Assembly (NCBI GenBank): GCA_965655095.1 | Contig: OZ296657.1 | Span: 41,788,001 to 41,852,000, forward strand | From: Haplodiscus bocki | Lineage: Eukaryota | Length of the DNA stretch: 64,000 bases | Reading direction: 5' to 3' | Shown: positions 12,921 to 24,773 of the stretch, piece after piece | Position numbering within the stretch: position 1 is the first letter of the stretch | Layout: each line of letters begins with the position of its first letter | Translations under genes and position numbers: made by a program | The notes under the pieces: generated by a model | The model's input: the letters and a program-made list of their open reading frames with translations, nothing else | Databases searched by the model: none | What the model was told of the DNA's origin: nothing

Positions 12921-15900
12921 GAACGCCACGTCTTCACTCCGGAACTGCATGTGACAGACCGGAGACAACTAAAACACCAACACTTCCACCAATTCCCGAG
13001 GTTGTCTGGCAGCAACCCTCGGAGACATCTACAAATGAATGTAATTTGAAGATTATTAATAATGACTCTACAATACAATAAACTCAAGAAACTTCAAAGA
13101 CGACTGTAGCAAGCCAAACGTCGCCACCTAAGGGAACTGAACCACAAAACTACGCGGAAGTCACGGAACAACCTCCAGGAAATCAAACAGGGAACGAACC
13201 AGTACCGTTCCTCAACTGCTCCAAGAAGTGCACTACCGATACACAGAAATCAGAACAGCATGTAACGACTACACTTACTGGAGATACTACAATTCCACCT
13301 CTCACCACCACAACCCCACTAATTGTACAAGGGTTGGTTAGAGATGAAGCGACAAATGAAGTTTATCTCCCCTTAACCTCCACAATAGTCTTGAAACGAA
13401 AACAAGAAATGCTTTACGTGCCTCTGGATTTCGACAACAACCTAACAGTCGACGCCTTAGTAGACTCAGGAGCCTATGCCAGTGCAATCGCCCAGAATGA
13501 CTTGGACACAGTAAAAGAGAAAGCCCCGAATAATATTCTTAAAAGCGACGATCCTCCCAGTTTTCAAATACAAGTAGCCAACGGCCAGTTAGAGAAACCG
13601 TCAGCAACAGCCACTCCTAAACTTGAAATTGGAGATGATAATTTCTCTGAACACTTCATCGTAATGAAGAAATTAACAGGACCGATAATTGGGTTGCATC
13701 TTATGAGGAATAATAGTGTAGCCATCGACACGACACATGGTCTCATACATTTTCCGCATTTAACGCTGCAAGTTAAAACTGCCTCAAAGGAAACAAATCC
13801 AAAACCCCAGCCTGTAATCACTGATGATGTCTTGACGATACCACCGAGGACAACAAAAACAATTACAGCCTTTGTTTACCACCCGTCAAAATGGAACACA
13901 ACGGGGACTGTGACACCATTGGAGAAGTTTACGGAAACAGCAACTTTGCTGATTTCCCACTCAATGTCGACAATAGTTGATAAAAGAATAGCAGTCAGAG
14001 TAACCAATACAACGGAATTACCATATGTAATCAGAAAGCAAAGTCACTCCGGAGCATACCAAGCACATTAAACCAGTAGATATGACAATCCTTAGTATGA
14101 TTCCGCTAGGTGGTCCTGACCTGACTGCCTAATTAAACGATCTTCTCAGAACGAACAAACTCGAGCAGCAATCAACACTTCCTGGTTCCCAAAAACCTGA
14201 AAATCCCGGAAAGTGTGAGGTTCACACCTCAATACAGACACGAATCCTCAAAGAATTAACTGAAATCAAAGAAAAAGAAAACCTCAATCCACAAGAGAGA
14301 GCAGAATCCCGAATCAAATTTCTCAAACGATCTGATTGGACTGACACACTCCTATCAGAATAAAAAAAACAAGCAATTGAAGATATCCTTGTTGACTATC
14401 ACGATGTTTCCGCCAGACACAGAATGGATATTGGGATGAGCACGGAATTCAAGGTGAAACTAACGCCGAAAGACGATAAAGCTGTATACAGCCAAAGTTT
14501 ACCAATGTCGATCCACCTGACAGAAGACCTAATTGTCGAGCTAGCTCTAATGCAAAAATATGGAATCATCACCGAACTGCTTTTCTCCAAGTACGCAAGT
14601 CCCATACTTGCACAAAGGAAGCCCAACGGAAAATAACGTCTCCTTGTGGACCTCCGGAAAATCAACAGTCTGATTGCTGATGACTACACTAACAATAATC
14701 ATCCAGTTAGCACTCTGTTAGACGCGGCACAACACTTGGCAGGGAAGTCACTATTCTGCAAGCTTGACTCCTCCCAAGCTTATCACTGTTTGCAGTTGGC
14801 GGACCAACGGTCAGTGGAATTCCTCGCCTTCAATTTTCCTAGTAGAAATTTTGCCTGCAAAAGACTCGCATAAGGTCTCAGCAGATCTGTGTCTGCCTTT
14901 TCAAGTTTCATGCGTGAGTACTTGGACCCAGTTGTCAAAGCTGACCAATGTGTTCAATATGTGGACGAAATTGGAATCGAAGCCAATTTTGCTACGGACC
15001 TCACTCGGAACATCCGAGCAGTCTTCAACTGCATTCACCGAGCAGGACTGAAACTGACAATTGAAAAATGCCACCTCGGAGTCAGACAAGTTGAATTCCT
15101 AAGAAGAACAAACTCACCAGAAAGAGTTTCACCACAAGCCCGGAAAATTCACAAATTCCTAAGTAAACTCAGATTCAACAAATCGAAAAGGGCAGTACAG
15201 CGATACCTGGGATTCAAGAACTACTACAAAAAATACATTCCCAGGATGGCTGAAAACTCAATCCATTCTACAAATTGCCCAAAACCGAAGTGCCAATCAA
15301 TATTACGTCAGAATTGAAAGAAACATTTGATTCAGTCAATAAAGTTTTCAGTGAAGCTTGCCAATTAGGAGTAAAACAGCCCATTCCAGGAAAGCAGCTT
15401 TTCCTGATGACTGATGCCAGCTTCAGAAGTGCTGGATATGCCTTCATGATTGAAGACAACCCTGATCAAAAGATACAATCAAAACGGCAAACGTATGCCC
15501 CCGTGGGGTTTGGCCTCAAAAATTTTCTCCCCTGCGCAACTCAAAATGTCCCTATACTGAAAAAAATTCTTAGCAATCTACATGGCATTTCTCGAGTTTG
15601 CCCACATTTTCTGTGAAGCAACAAACCCAACAGTTGTCTTCACAGAAAACAAATCCGTTACACGATTTTTCCAATCGAAAGCTATTCCGCCAGCACTCTG
15701 TATTGCATGTGATTACGTGTTGCAATTTAATTTCAGAATCGCACACATTGCCGTGTCAGTCAACACCGGGGCTGATTTTCTCTCCAGATTGGAACTTAGG
15801 GGCACGGAGAAGATGCGTCTCAAAATCCGTGAACATATCCAAACGATACCTATCGAGGTAACCACCTCTTCTTCGGATGTCGCTGACGAGGAATATTTTT

Positions 15901-17600
15901 TACTTCAAACGAGCAGATAATAACAATAAGTCAGTGCAGCAAACCCTTGAACAAAAAAAACAATCCAGACAAAACGCGAAGCAATGGCCAGCATATGAGG
16001 AACCACTCTCTTTGAAAACAAGTGTGAAAGAATTTACCATGGTCGACGGAAACACTACGTCGTATTCTACGAATAGAATCAAAGCAAATGCAAAATTACG
16101 AAAAGAGCAAGATGTTGAACTTGTGTTCAAAATATGAAACCGGAAATCCAAGGCCAACCAGGTGATGAAGTGCTAATAAAGACAGACTAACGATACAAAC
16201 ACTACAAGGCAAATGAAGACCGTATAATTCTTTAAGATGGCCTACTGCTCAGAAAATCTTTTGGAGAAACAGATGGTCTCGAGTAGTATCGAATTCTCAT
16301 CCCAAAGCAAATATTCAATGAAGTTCTACGCATCTTGCACGGAGAATTTGAAAACACCAAAGAAATTCCAAAACAATAACTGATTACAGGAAGAATATTA
16401 TTTTCCAAAAATGGCTCAATTTATCAGGGAGTGGGTCATGTCACGTCAGCAATGTATTAGAGAATCACGAATTGACCGTAACCTCACTCGCCCTCCCCTG
16501 CAAAATCCCAATGAGCACAATACTGCGCCCGAAGACACCATGCAAAGTGATTTGATGCCGGAATCACCCCATTTGGTGGCAATAAAGCAATGTGACAGCC
16601 ATGGATGTGTTTTCGCGCCATTTGTTTGCAAACTCGGCATCGAATCAAGACGCCAAAACAATTGCTAAAGTTATAATCAACATCAAGACTAAGCATGCTT
16701 ACCTACCAACGACGCTCATCTCAGATAAAAGTACAGCCTTTACGTCTCATGTAATTAAAGAAGTGGCTGGCTTCCTTGGTATTACTCTAAAGCACCCCAC
16801 TACAAAAACGCTCAAACAATTGGGATGCTAGAGCAATCTCACGCGTCAATCAAACAAGCATTAAAGATTGAGACAGGCGAGCGAAAATCATTGTGGCATA
16901 AATACGTCAGTATTGCGGTCCTTAAATAAAACAGTTCTTATCACACAAGCATTGGCTGTGAGCCAAGTAGAGATTTTCACGGCCGTATTCCTAACATTAT
17001 CTTGAATTTAAAATTAGGAATTCGTCCACAACAAGCATCCATTCCCACTTTGCAAATTGCCCATGATGTTCTTGATCAAACAGAGATGATCTACCAAGAT
17101 GTTCGCAAAAATGCTATGCAAACTTTTATCAAGTATAAAGCTTATTAGGACAAAAAGCCAACGCTTGAAAGCTCAACGCAGCAGAATATGTTTATGCCTT
17201 ACAGCCGAAAGCAAATCATCAAGGGAGTAAAGTTCTGTTGACGGACTTTCGCTGGACTGCCCCTTACATTATTGAAAAGGTGTTACCGAATAACAATTAT
17301 CTGGTACGCAAAAATACCATCAACAAGACGCAAGTGCTTCATCGCATGCGAATGCGTCAGTTCACACCCCGCCAACACCCAGCTGACATGCGAACTGTGC
17401 CACAAGAATGGAAACTTGATTCGGAAGTGAGTATCAAACATGATGATTTGTATGCCAGAGCGTGGTAGTGCGAATACCAAAAGCCAAGTTTTGACGCCGA
17501 GAAGAATAATGCAACGCCAGCCAATTTACCCGAAATTCCAATGCAGACTGATTTATCAACTGAGGAAATGTGGAGCACACCACGAACCACACAGGAAATT
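12921..17600 (+). pseudogene. pol: Pol polyprotein (protease, RT, RNase H, integrase), disrupted
   Basis: ALVDSGA (protease); DLRKIN, KLDSSQAYH and YVDE (YxDD variant) of RT; MTDASF (RNase H); DVFSR and ISDKSTAFTS (integrase core). Confidence 0.95.
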
Positions 17601-17899
17601 TAAATATAAATAAATAAACATCAAAATCAAATCATAGAGTAAACAAAGCAGTTCAATGAGAAAGAAAAGATGGGAATACAGCAAATAACAAATTGGAGCA
17701 AATTGTCTCTACGGACAGCCCATTTGAAACACTGGGCCTGCAAGTCGATCACGCCCACTCCGACGCGACTTCCCACGAGGAGCCCGTGCATCCAAAGCGG
17801 ACGCAAAACTTGGATCCTCTACCAATGATCGCATTTGGGTCTAGCTGGAGGACTAGAAATTTCAAATCTCCGCAGCAACTTCATGGGCCTCCGAGAAAT

Positions 17900-20800
17900 T
17901 TTTCTCCTCCGCTTGCTGGGGGAAGGACAAGTTTTGCTTGACCCAGAAGGACCAGGAGCAGGTGCAGCAACTAGCACATATTCAACGCGCCCCTATTCCA
18001 CGACATCTGAAACCCGCATCCCAGGTCTTGAAGCTGTCTCGCTCCGAGGGGTGCCACCTTGATACTAGTGTCTTTCGCAGTATGACGGCGCAAAACAATC
18101 CGATACCAACAAGAACGCAGATCAGTGATGACTTGGCTCGCACACGTTGACTCCAAAATGCTCCACGGGGCATACACGGGACTTGACTTAATGCCTATCG
18201 GCGATAGCAACAGACTCAGACAGCCTTGTCAAGCCGGACTCTGAGAGGATACTTCTCTAAATGAAGTGCGGGCTCCGAACAAAATCCTGAACACAGAATA
18301 GGACACCATGCACTTCTTCTTTTTTGATGGTGACACGATCGAAGCTGACAATAGGTTTTTTGCCATGGCTGGCAGGCCCACGAACCACAAGTGCTGTCAA
18401 CTGGAACACCTGAAACATCAAAACCTCATAAGGAAAACAAACCAACTCATGGAAGTCAGATCATCATGCATGACTGGATACGATACATACTTTATACTGG
18501 TGCTGACGAGCACGGAAATCAACCTGTCCAGAACAGAACGACAGGACGTCACCTACTTCACGGCGGCTTCTCGTGGACGACCGCTCCAGCTGCCGCTGTT
18601 CCTGCACAAAGGTTTGGTACTCAGCCCTGCAGGCTTCAAGTTCGCTCCCTCTGGCCCAAACTTTCTCCAGCAGAAGCCCATCCAACAGTTTGTTAATCAG
18701 CTGGAAAGAGCGACGTCATCCCCACCAACCACAGTTGCAGGACAGAAGCAGCTCATACCCTGTCCTATCACTGTTCTCGAAGGAACGGTCGACAGAATAC
18801 AATTCACAAATTCTTCGAGAATGTGACGGGCATCACAGTGAAACTCTGTCCGTAGGTACTGGCTACCAACTTTGTCCAGTGGAGCCATTATGCGAGTACC
18901 GGAGAGAAAGTCTTTCTCATCAACTGCAGGGAACCTCCAATGATTCGGAACTACGTATCCTTCCTGTTGTTCTACAAGAGCCAAGGAAAAAACTTTTTTA
19001 ATTTTCTTCAGTAAGCAGTAGACAAATCGTGCCAGTTCACCGAACGAGTGGTACCCTTGATCTACTGCAGGGGAGGAGTGAACAAAATTGTTGGCAACTG
19101 AAACAGAAACATGTGACACAGACATAGCAACAGAAGCATCATCGCCCATGTTTTTCTATAATGAAGAAACCCACCCGAAATCAAATGTGGAACCATCGTG
19201 GAACAATACTAGTGTGTTTCTAGATAAGGAGTTACAAACTTTTTGGAACCACAACCTGCGCACCCAAATCCAATACAAGAATGCATGGCACTACTTACAG
19301 AATTCAAGAAAAAGGTGCAACAAACAAAACATCATGCGGGCCATTGGTCCAGGTAGAAACACCCGTGCATTCTTTTCTTCTAATTGTGAGAGATACAAAG
19401 CAAGTGGGTACGAAAATGCACTAATACAATCGAAAGAGGAAACACTTACCACAAGACTATCGCCGTCATCTTTGCGTCCCGTCTCCTTCAAATAGGAGAC
19501 AATCAACGGACACACACCAATGATCTTGGCTACAATGTCGACAAGATGAGGCGTACCGAAGTTGTTAATCAAAATGGCATTTCTCAGAGCGGGGCGAAAG
19601 GACATCCAATCACGTGTCTTAGCGCTTTCAGCCGATTGACTATGAATTCGGTCATGGCAAGCCCGTCCAAATTACTGAACACACTGGAATCTGTCCGCTG
19701 CAAACGACGTTTCAACAAGCTAAGATCAAATTAAGGGCAGTCAATTATCTTTTGACGATACCAACTGCCCAGATATTTGCAAAAAGCTTCAACAGTACAG
19801 CTTATCCGCTGTTGATTGACACCACCGGCACGTCAGGCCCCAGTGCAGCTACTAATCGGCCCGATGCCGAAACTTCTTGATGAGGATCGCCCGCTGTAGC
19901 AATCCAACGTTGCCACACATACTCTCCTGAAGATTTCTATGTCCCAGGTGCAAAGAAACACCCGCACTACGTCCCCTTGTTCCTCAAACTCCACGCTACA
20001 GCTCCCGTGTGACTTTGCCCAATTATTGCAGCGAGTAAAAATCCCAAGATACATCCTGTTCAAGATGATGGACTGAAATAGACAACAAAATGGATATACA
20101 GAAGCTACGTAGAAAATACGGGACAAATGTAAAAACTAATCGAGACCTGGTCGCGTGACCTCGTTCACCCGGACAGCAGACTGAGTAAATTGCGCCCAGA
20201 GAGAGTACACCAGTTCATAAAATTCGCCCCGACGCAGCACTTCAATGAGGGAGGAAACCTTCGCCATAATCCCAAGATTCGGGTCCCCTGCACCAGTCTC
20301 GTTAACAAGGACGTCCTCGGAAAAAAGGTACTCCCTGTTTCTCACGACAAAATGAGCCTTCTGTATCTTCTCCCGCTGTCGGTCTACTTCTGCAGAACCC
20401 ATGGCATTCCCCTCATAATCCAACACTTCCCAGCCTGGTGTCCCAAACCTCAGAAGTTGGTCGCGGGGAAAATTTTTGCTGCCTTGGAAGTGTCGCAAAA
20501 CTTCTTTGTGGCCATGAGTCAGCACAGAGACGTCCTTGCGACAAATACGTCAATAGAAATGGCTGGGTTTTGCTGTGACATCTGTGGGCCGAGTCACAAA
20601 AACTGACTGCCCAACAGCACTGTCCCTCCAAGCTTCCTTCATCCTGTACGTCCTTTTGGACCGCAACGTTCGCCGGTGCTCACCCATGTCGCTCTCATCG
20701 CCGCTTGTGCCGCTGGTGTAGCCCAATCACGGAACAACACGGAACGGCCTCTGCTCTATCTGCTCCAATCGGCCCAAACTATCATCTAATCCAAAGAAGA

Positions 20801-21400
20801 GCAAATATGCGCCAAAGAAAGAATTGGCGAATGAAAAAAAAGCATCATGAGTGTGAGAAAACTTTGCCGAACTAAAAATAATACGAGAAAGGAAACAATA
20901 TATCACAAGGAAAACAAGTTATACTAACTTGTCGAAATGGGGTCAAGAGCTCGTGCCCGATCCTCTGCAGAACCAAACAATAAAAGGTGACAAGCTGGTG
21001 ACCTGTCGCGTTGATAGGCTTAATAGCAGGATCGGCGGAAAAGTGGTCTAAAACAAAACAACGGAACTGAGGGACCGCCATGGAGCGCCACTAGAAGAAG
21101 CCTCTTTTCAACTGATACATACCATTGTCGAAGGCCTGCTCCAACAAAATTTGACTGTGTTCGCCACTTGAAAAGTCAAATGGGTCTGAGTTATTTCGCG
21201 CTAGAGGCACTAATCAGCGACATGTTTTGGAACTTCTTGATCGTCTCTGTCTCTTCGTTTCAGCCTCCGTAGAAATATCCCCCTCTCCAAAATTAACTAC
21301 TGTGACTTCTGCTGGACCTGAAAGACAATAGAGATGAAGATCGGCTCAAATCTCGCCTAATGTAAAAGTAAAATCAATACATACTCGACTCATAATCCAT
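17900..21400 (-). pseudogene. Antisense multi-exon accessory gene inside Gypsy 1 (function unknown)
   Basis: Run of minus-strand ORFs joined by GT..AG introns: 21384-21318, 20928-20786, 19239-19156, 18490-18410, and less certainly 19449-19380. ATG at 21400. The 3' end is approximate. Confidence 0.65.
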
Positions 21401-22094
21401 GGGAGCATTTACTGAGGCGCCAACACACTCCTCGCTTCACGTGGTGCGTCCAACCTCGAATTCAGTCCCGGAACCACCCGGAGCACAAAAATCACTATGT
21501 CCCGGATGACCAGCAGGCTGACTTGATGAATCGAACACTGAAACACATTAGCCCCATGATGCCTTCTTCGTGAACAGGCGAGCGCTAAATACTAGCTCAT
21601 GGAAAATATGAGTGGCCACCATATGAATCCAACAAACTAAAAACTAATGGCCAATGAAGGAAGAAGAGTAACATGTAGGCAAACGAGACGTGGCGACAAC
21701 ACCTTCTGCCAATGTCTCTACCGAGAAGTTCGCACGTGCCAATGCATCCGCAAAAGTCTAGCCCTCCGACTCAGCACACTCAGGAAACAGGGCGGCCACT
21801 TTACCATCACCACAAGAACTAGCCATCACCTTTGTTTACATCGCATCAACTCCAACTTCACTCCTTACATCCTAACTTCATCAACGCTGAGCAGGAACGC
21901 GAGAACATCAAAAGAAATCCAGCTTGATGGAAACTGAATCATAACTACCCCCAATACCAATCACTTTTTGAAGTCAATTTCTCGTATTCAGTTGCTGCGA
22001 CAGATAGATATTTTCCCAAAATCCAATTTCAAAGTTTCAATTTTTAAGAAAGCCTCCAACGTCAATTAATTCGATTGAGTCTAATGTCTTTTAT

Positions 22095-22544
22095 GTGGAT
22101 CAGTCATCCAATGATCCAAGTTTGCCCAGACCAAACACGCCGATTGTCCTCATTTCCACAGAAATGTCAAGCAAGGAAACCCGAGAGATGATATCAATAT
22201 CGTCAATTGCATCGCCCGCACCGCAGTATGTCACAAAACACTGTGATTCAAACGAACCGATAATGCCGCTTGGATTTGGACTGCACCTCCCAAATATTCC
22301 ACCAAGCCTAAACGACATGAACCTGCCGCCCAATCCATTTATTATTCTGGCAACAATGGCGGTAGCAAACTCTACAACAAAACGGCATGATGAGAAATAC
22401 AGCTCACAATCACCGGAGCCTTCGGAACCGTCACCGATATCGACGCCCCCCAAGAACATCAGCACAATTGACGAATGGGAGATGCCTGACACGACGACGA
22501 ACGTTGACATATTTCAACCAAGCGATGAACCCAGGAGAGTATAG
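22095..22544 (+). CDS. Pro/Ser-rich sense ORF just upstream of the PPT (unknown function)
   Basis: 149-codon open frame with a non-ATG start. A Ser-rich ORF sits at the analogous position (56745-57092) in Gypsy 2. Confidence 0.3.
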   Translation: MDQSSNDPSLPRPNTPIVLISTEMSSKETREMISISSIASPAPQYVTKHCDSNEPIMPLGFGLHLPNIPPSLNDMNLPPNPFIILATMAVANSTTKRHDEKYSSQSPEPSEPSPISTPPKNISTIDEWEMPDTTTNVDIFQPSDEPRRV

Positions 22545-22612
22545 TATCTCCCATCAAGCCCTCCACCACCACGCGAGACGAAACGAAAGTTGGAGATAGG
22601 ACTGTCCTTTTC

Positions 22613-22626
22613 AGAAAGATGGGGAG
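22613..22626 (+). other. Polypurine tract (plus-strand primer)
   Basis: AGAAAGATGGGGAG immediately precedes the TGTTG start of the right LTR. Confidence 0.8.
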
Positions 22627-23176
22627 TGTTGCAGCAGGACCGCGAGGCCTGCGGACAAGTAATTCCCCCAAGAAAGGACATTCCAGGACCCTCAACTAAA
22701 GACTAAAAACAATACAAACGCTAATAAGCTCATGATCTTGTTTAATCACATGTAACAAAAGAACTTTCATCAATTATATATATTAATGATACGTAGTGGG
22801 ATCCACCTTGTGCACATATACGCAGTTCAAGTAACGACCTGTAAAAACTACGTATCGTTTCATATTATGTAGTCCATGAAAAAGACAGGTATGTTATACG
22901 TGTAATTCTGGTGAACTGATCCTGATTGGGACGGAACAGGTACGGAGCAAACGGATTTTCAATCACTTCCCTACTGTATTTTTATATTATTATTAGGTGC
23001 TATTTATATATAAGTAATCTAACTAATCATTATATAAACCCACCTTTTAAGTGACTTGTGCACTAAGTAATTTATATCGACTGACAGCTTCAACGAGTTT
23101 TCAATAGCAAATAACTATTTATACAGAGCGTGACTTTAGAAGTGAATATTTGTTCCGTGTGTGTTCCGTCGTAACA
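22627..23176 (+). repeat. LTR (right copy)
   Basis: TGTTGCAGC...GTCGTAACA, preceded by the PPT. Direct repeat of 9925-10479. Confidence 0.85.
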
Positions 23177-23553
23177 ATTCTGGTGACGTCACTAGAATTT
23201 CAGCCAGTCCACTGTACTACTACGCTGTTTCACTTTGAACGGACACGGAACGGTTACGTAGCCACCCGATTCATTCTCCTCAGTAGCACTGCGGAGAACA
23301 GTGCTACAAGCGGCTACGTAGTCGCTAGGGAACGCTCCGGCCAAAGTGAGGCGTGAGTTTGTAGAATCGTGGAACGGACTAAAAAAAACCTGTTTTTGAT
23401 CCAAACAGTGGATTTAGTCGATGCAGTATGTAATCAAATGTAAACATGAAATTTTCAGTATTTGTATGAACTTCATTTTATGTATTTCATTTATTTTTTG
23501 TTGTGCTTTTTATTAGTTTTCCTCTTATGGAAAATTTCTCTGATTTTTGTTTA

Positions 23554-23889
23554 CCAGAGTGATGAGGAGAGAGCATCGCTTCGGGACAGGGAGCGTTCAG
23601 GGAACGATGCCCAGTGGGTTTCGGTTTTCTGAGCCATTGCTACTGGATGTTCCCGGAACAGCTACGGAACAATTCCGAACCTGTGGGTTCAGAAGGAACT
23701 CGAGTTTAGACAAAACACCCAAGATACCTGACTCTGTCCGATTGAATTCTTTTGAAAGTTTTTTAGTTATCCTCCCTTCAGTCTCCTCAGAAACGTGGGA
23801 GATGTAATCTTGAGCCATTTCTGGGTCAAGTGTGTTCTGTGACTGACCGTTCTTTGTTTTTTCAGGAGTTTTCTCGAAATTGCCGCTAG
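23554..23889 (-). pseudogene. gag: Inverted fragment of the 5' part of the same Gypsy gag
   Basis: MAQDYISHVSEETEGRITKKLSKEFNRTES...NPQVRNCSVAVPGTS. A diverged reverse-complement copy of ~11335-11670. Confidence 0.85.
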
Positions 23890-23890
23890 G

Positions 23891-24310
23891 AGTAGAAGTG
23901 TGAGCAGATCAGTTGGGGGGGGAGGGGGTGGAAGACCCTCTGTATTAAGAAAGGCTATAGCGAGCCGAGAGCCGAAAGCTCTCGGTTGACGTAATACTCG
24001 ACTCTCTATGGCTGCCGACGGTAATGTATTAAGATAGGGTTCGGTTCAATGTATTAAGATAGGGTATAGTTTGGCTCAATGTATTAAGATAGGGTATAGT
24101 TCGGCTCAATGTATTAAGATAGGGTATAGTTCGGCTCAATGTATCAAGATAGGGTATAGTCCGGCTCAATCTTTTAAGATAGGTTATAGTTGGGTTCAAT
24201 GTATTAAGATATGGAATAGGGTATTTTCGGCACTCTGCGACAGTTGTCGGCACTGTGAGACTTTCCAAAAATTTTTTTTGAACAAGTAATTTTTTCAACA
24301 TATATACTCT
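23891..24310 (+). mobile_element. Polinton terminal fragment (TIR only)
   Basis: Starts AGTAGAAGTGTGAGCAGATCAG, homologous to the termini at 24459 and 41420. Contains the 30-bp subterminal array. Confidence 0.75.
24024..24210 (+). repeat. 30-bp tandem repeat (GTATTAAGATAGGGTATAGTTCGGCTCAAT), about 6 copies
   Basis: Directly visible, with the same unit as 41626-41912. Confidence 0.95.
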
Positions 24311-24311
24311 T

Positions 24312-24458
24312 AGTAGTATATAGGCGAGCAAGACAGCCAGAGTGGTTGAAGACCTTCATGCATGAAGATAGGGTATAGCGTCCGAGAGCCGAGAGGGGTC
24401 TTCACCCTATGTATTAAGTTAGGGTATGTTTTTGGCAATGTATTGGGATAGTGTTGGG
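24312..24458 (+). mobile_element. Second Polinton terminal fragment (outer TIR)
   Basis: AGTAGTATATAGGCGAGCA start with GAAGACC/AAGATAGGGTAT TIR motifs. Ends GTTGGG at the next AGTAGT. Confidence 0.7.
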
Positions 24459-24700
24459 AGTAGTATATGTGTGAGCAGATCAGACGGGGGTTGAAGACGC
24501 TATGTATTAAGATAGGCTATGTGAGTCGGTTTTCGGCACTGAGACTTTTGAGAAAAAAAAAATTTCGAACTGATTTTTTCTTGCAGGGCCGCCCGCGCGG
24601 ATAAATAAAACGGTGCGGACTAATTATGACGCCTGCGGTTAAATTTTGCGCCTGCGAATACTGATTTGACTTAATGCTATGTAAAAAGACTGTATTGAAG
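24459..24700 (+). repeat. Left terminal inverted repeat
   Basis: GTGAGTCGGTTTTCGGCACT...TAATGCTATGTAAAAAG is the reverse complement of 41232-41410. Confidence 0.9.
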
Positions 24701-24773
24701 CTAAAAACATTAAATAGAATGTATAGAGTTGGACAAATACATGACAATATAAAACTGAAAACGAGTGAATATC

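Larger units (their letters stand above)
9925..23176 (+). mobile_element. Degenerate Ty3/Gypsy LTR retrotransposon 1 (rearranged 5' region)
   Basis: Two ~550-bp TG...CA LTRs, gag, pol in PR-RT-RH-IN order, a PPT before the 3' LTR, and a candidate imperfect TSD tttc/attc. Many stops and frameshifts. Confidence 0.92.

Noticed and set aside
17600-22090. env gene in Gypsy 1
   Set aside because: No sense ORF with signal peptide, furin site and TM anchor. The coding signal and splice sites are on the minus strand.
24024-24210. CRISPR array, or the repeat-protein ORFs 24029-24331 and 24071-24289
   Set aside because: Head-to-tail 30-bp units without spacers inside a Polinton TIR. The ORFs are by-products of a unit length divisible by three.
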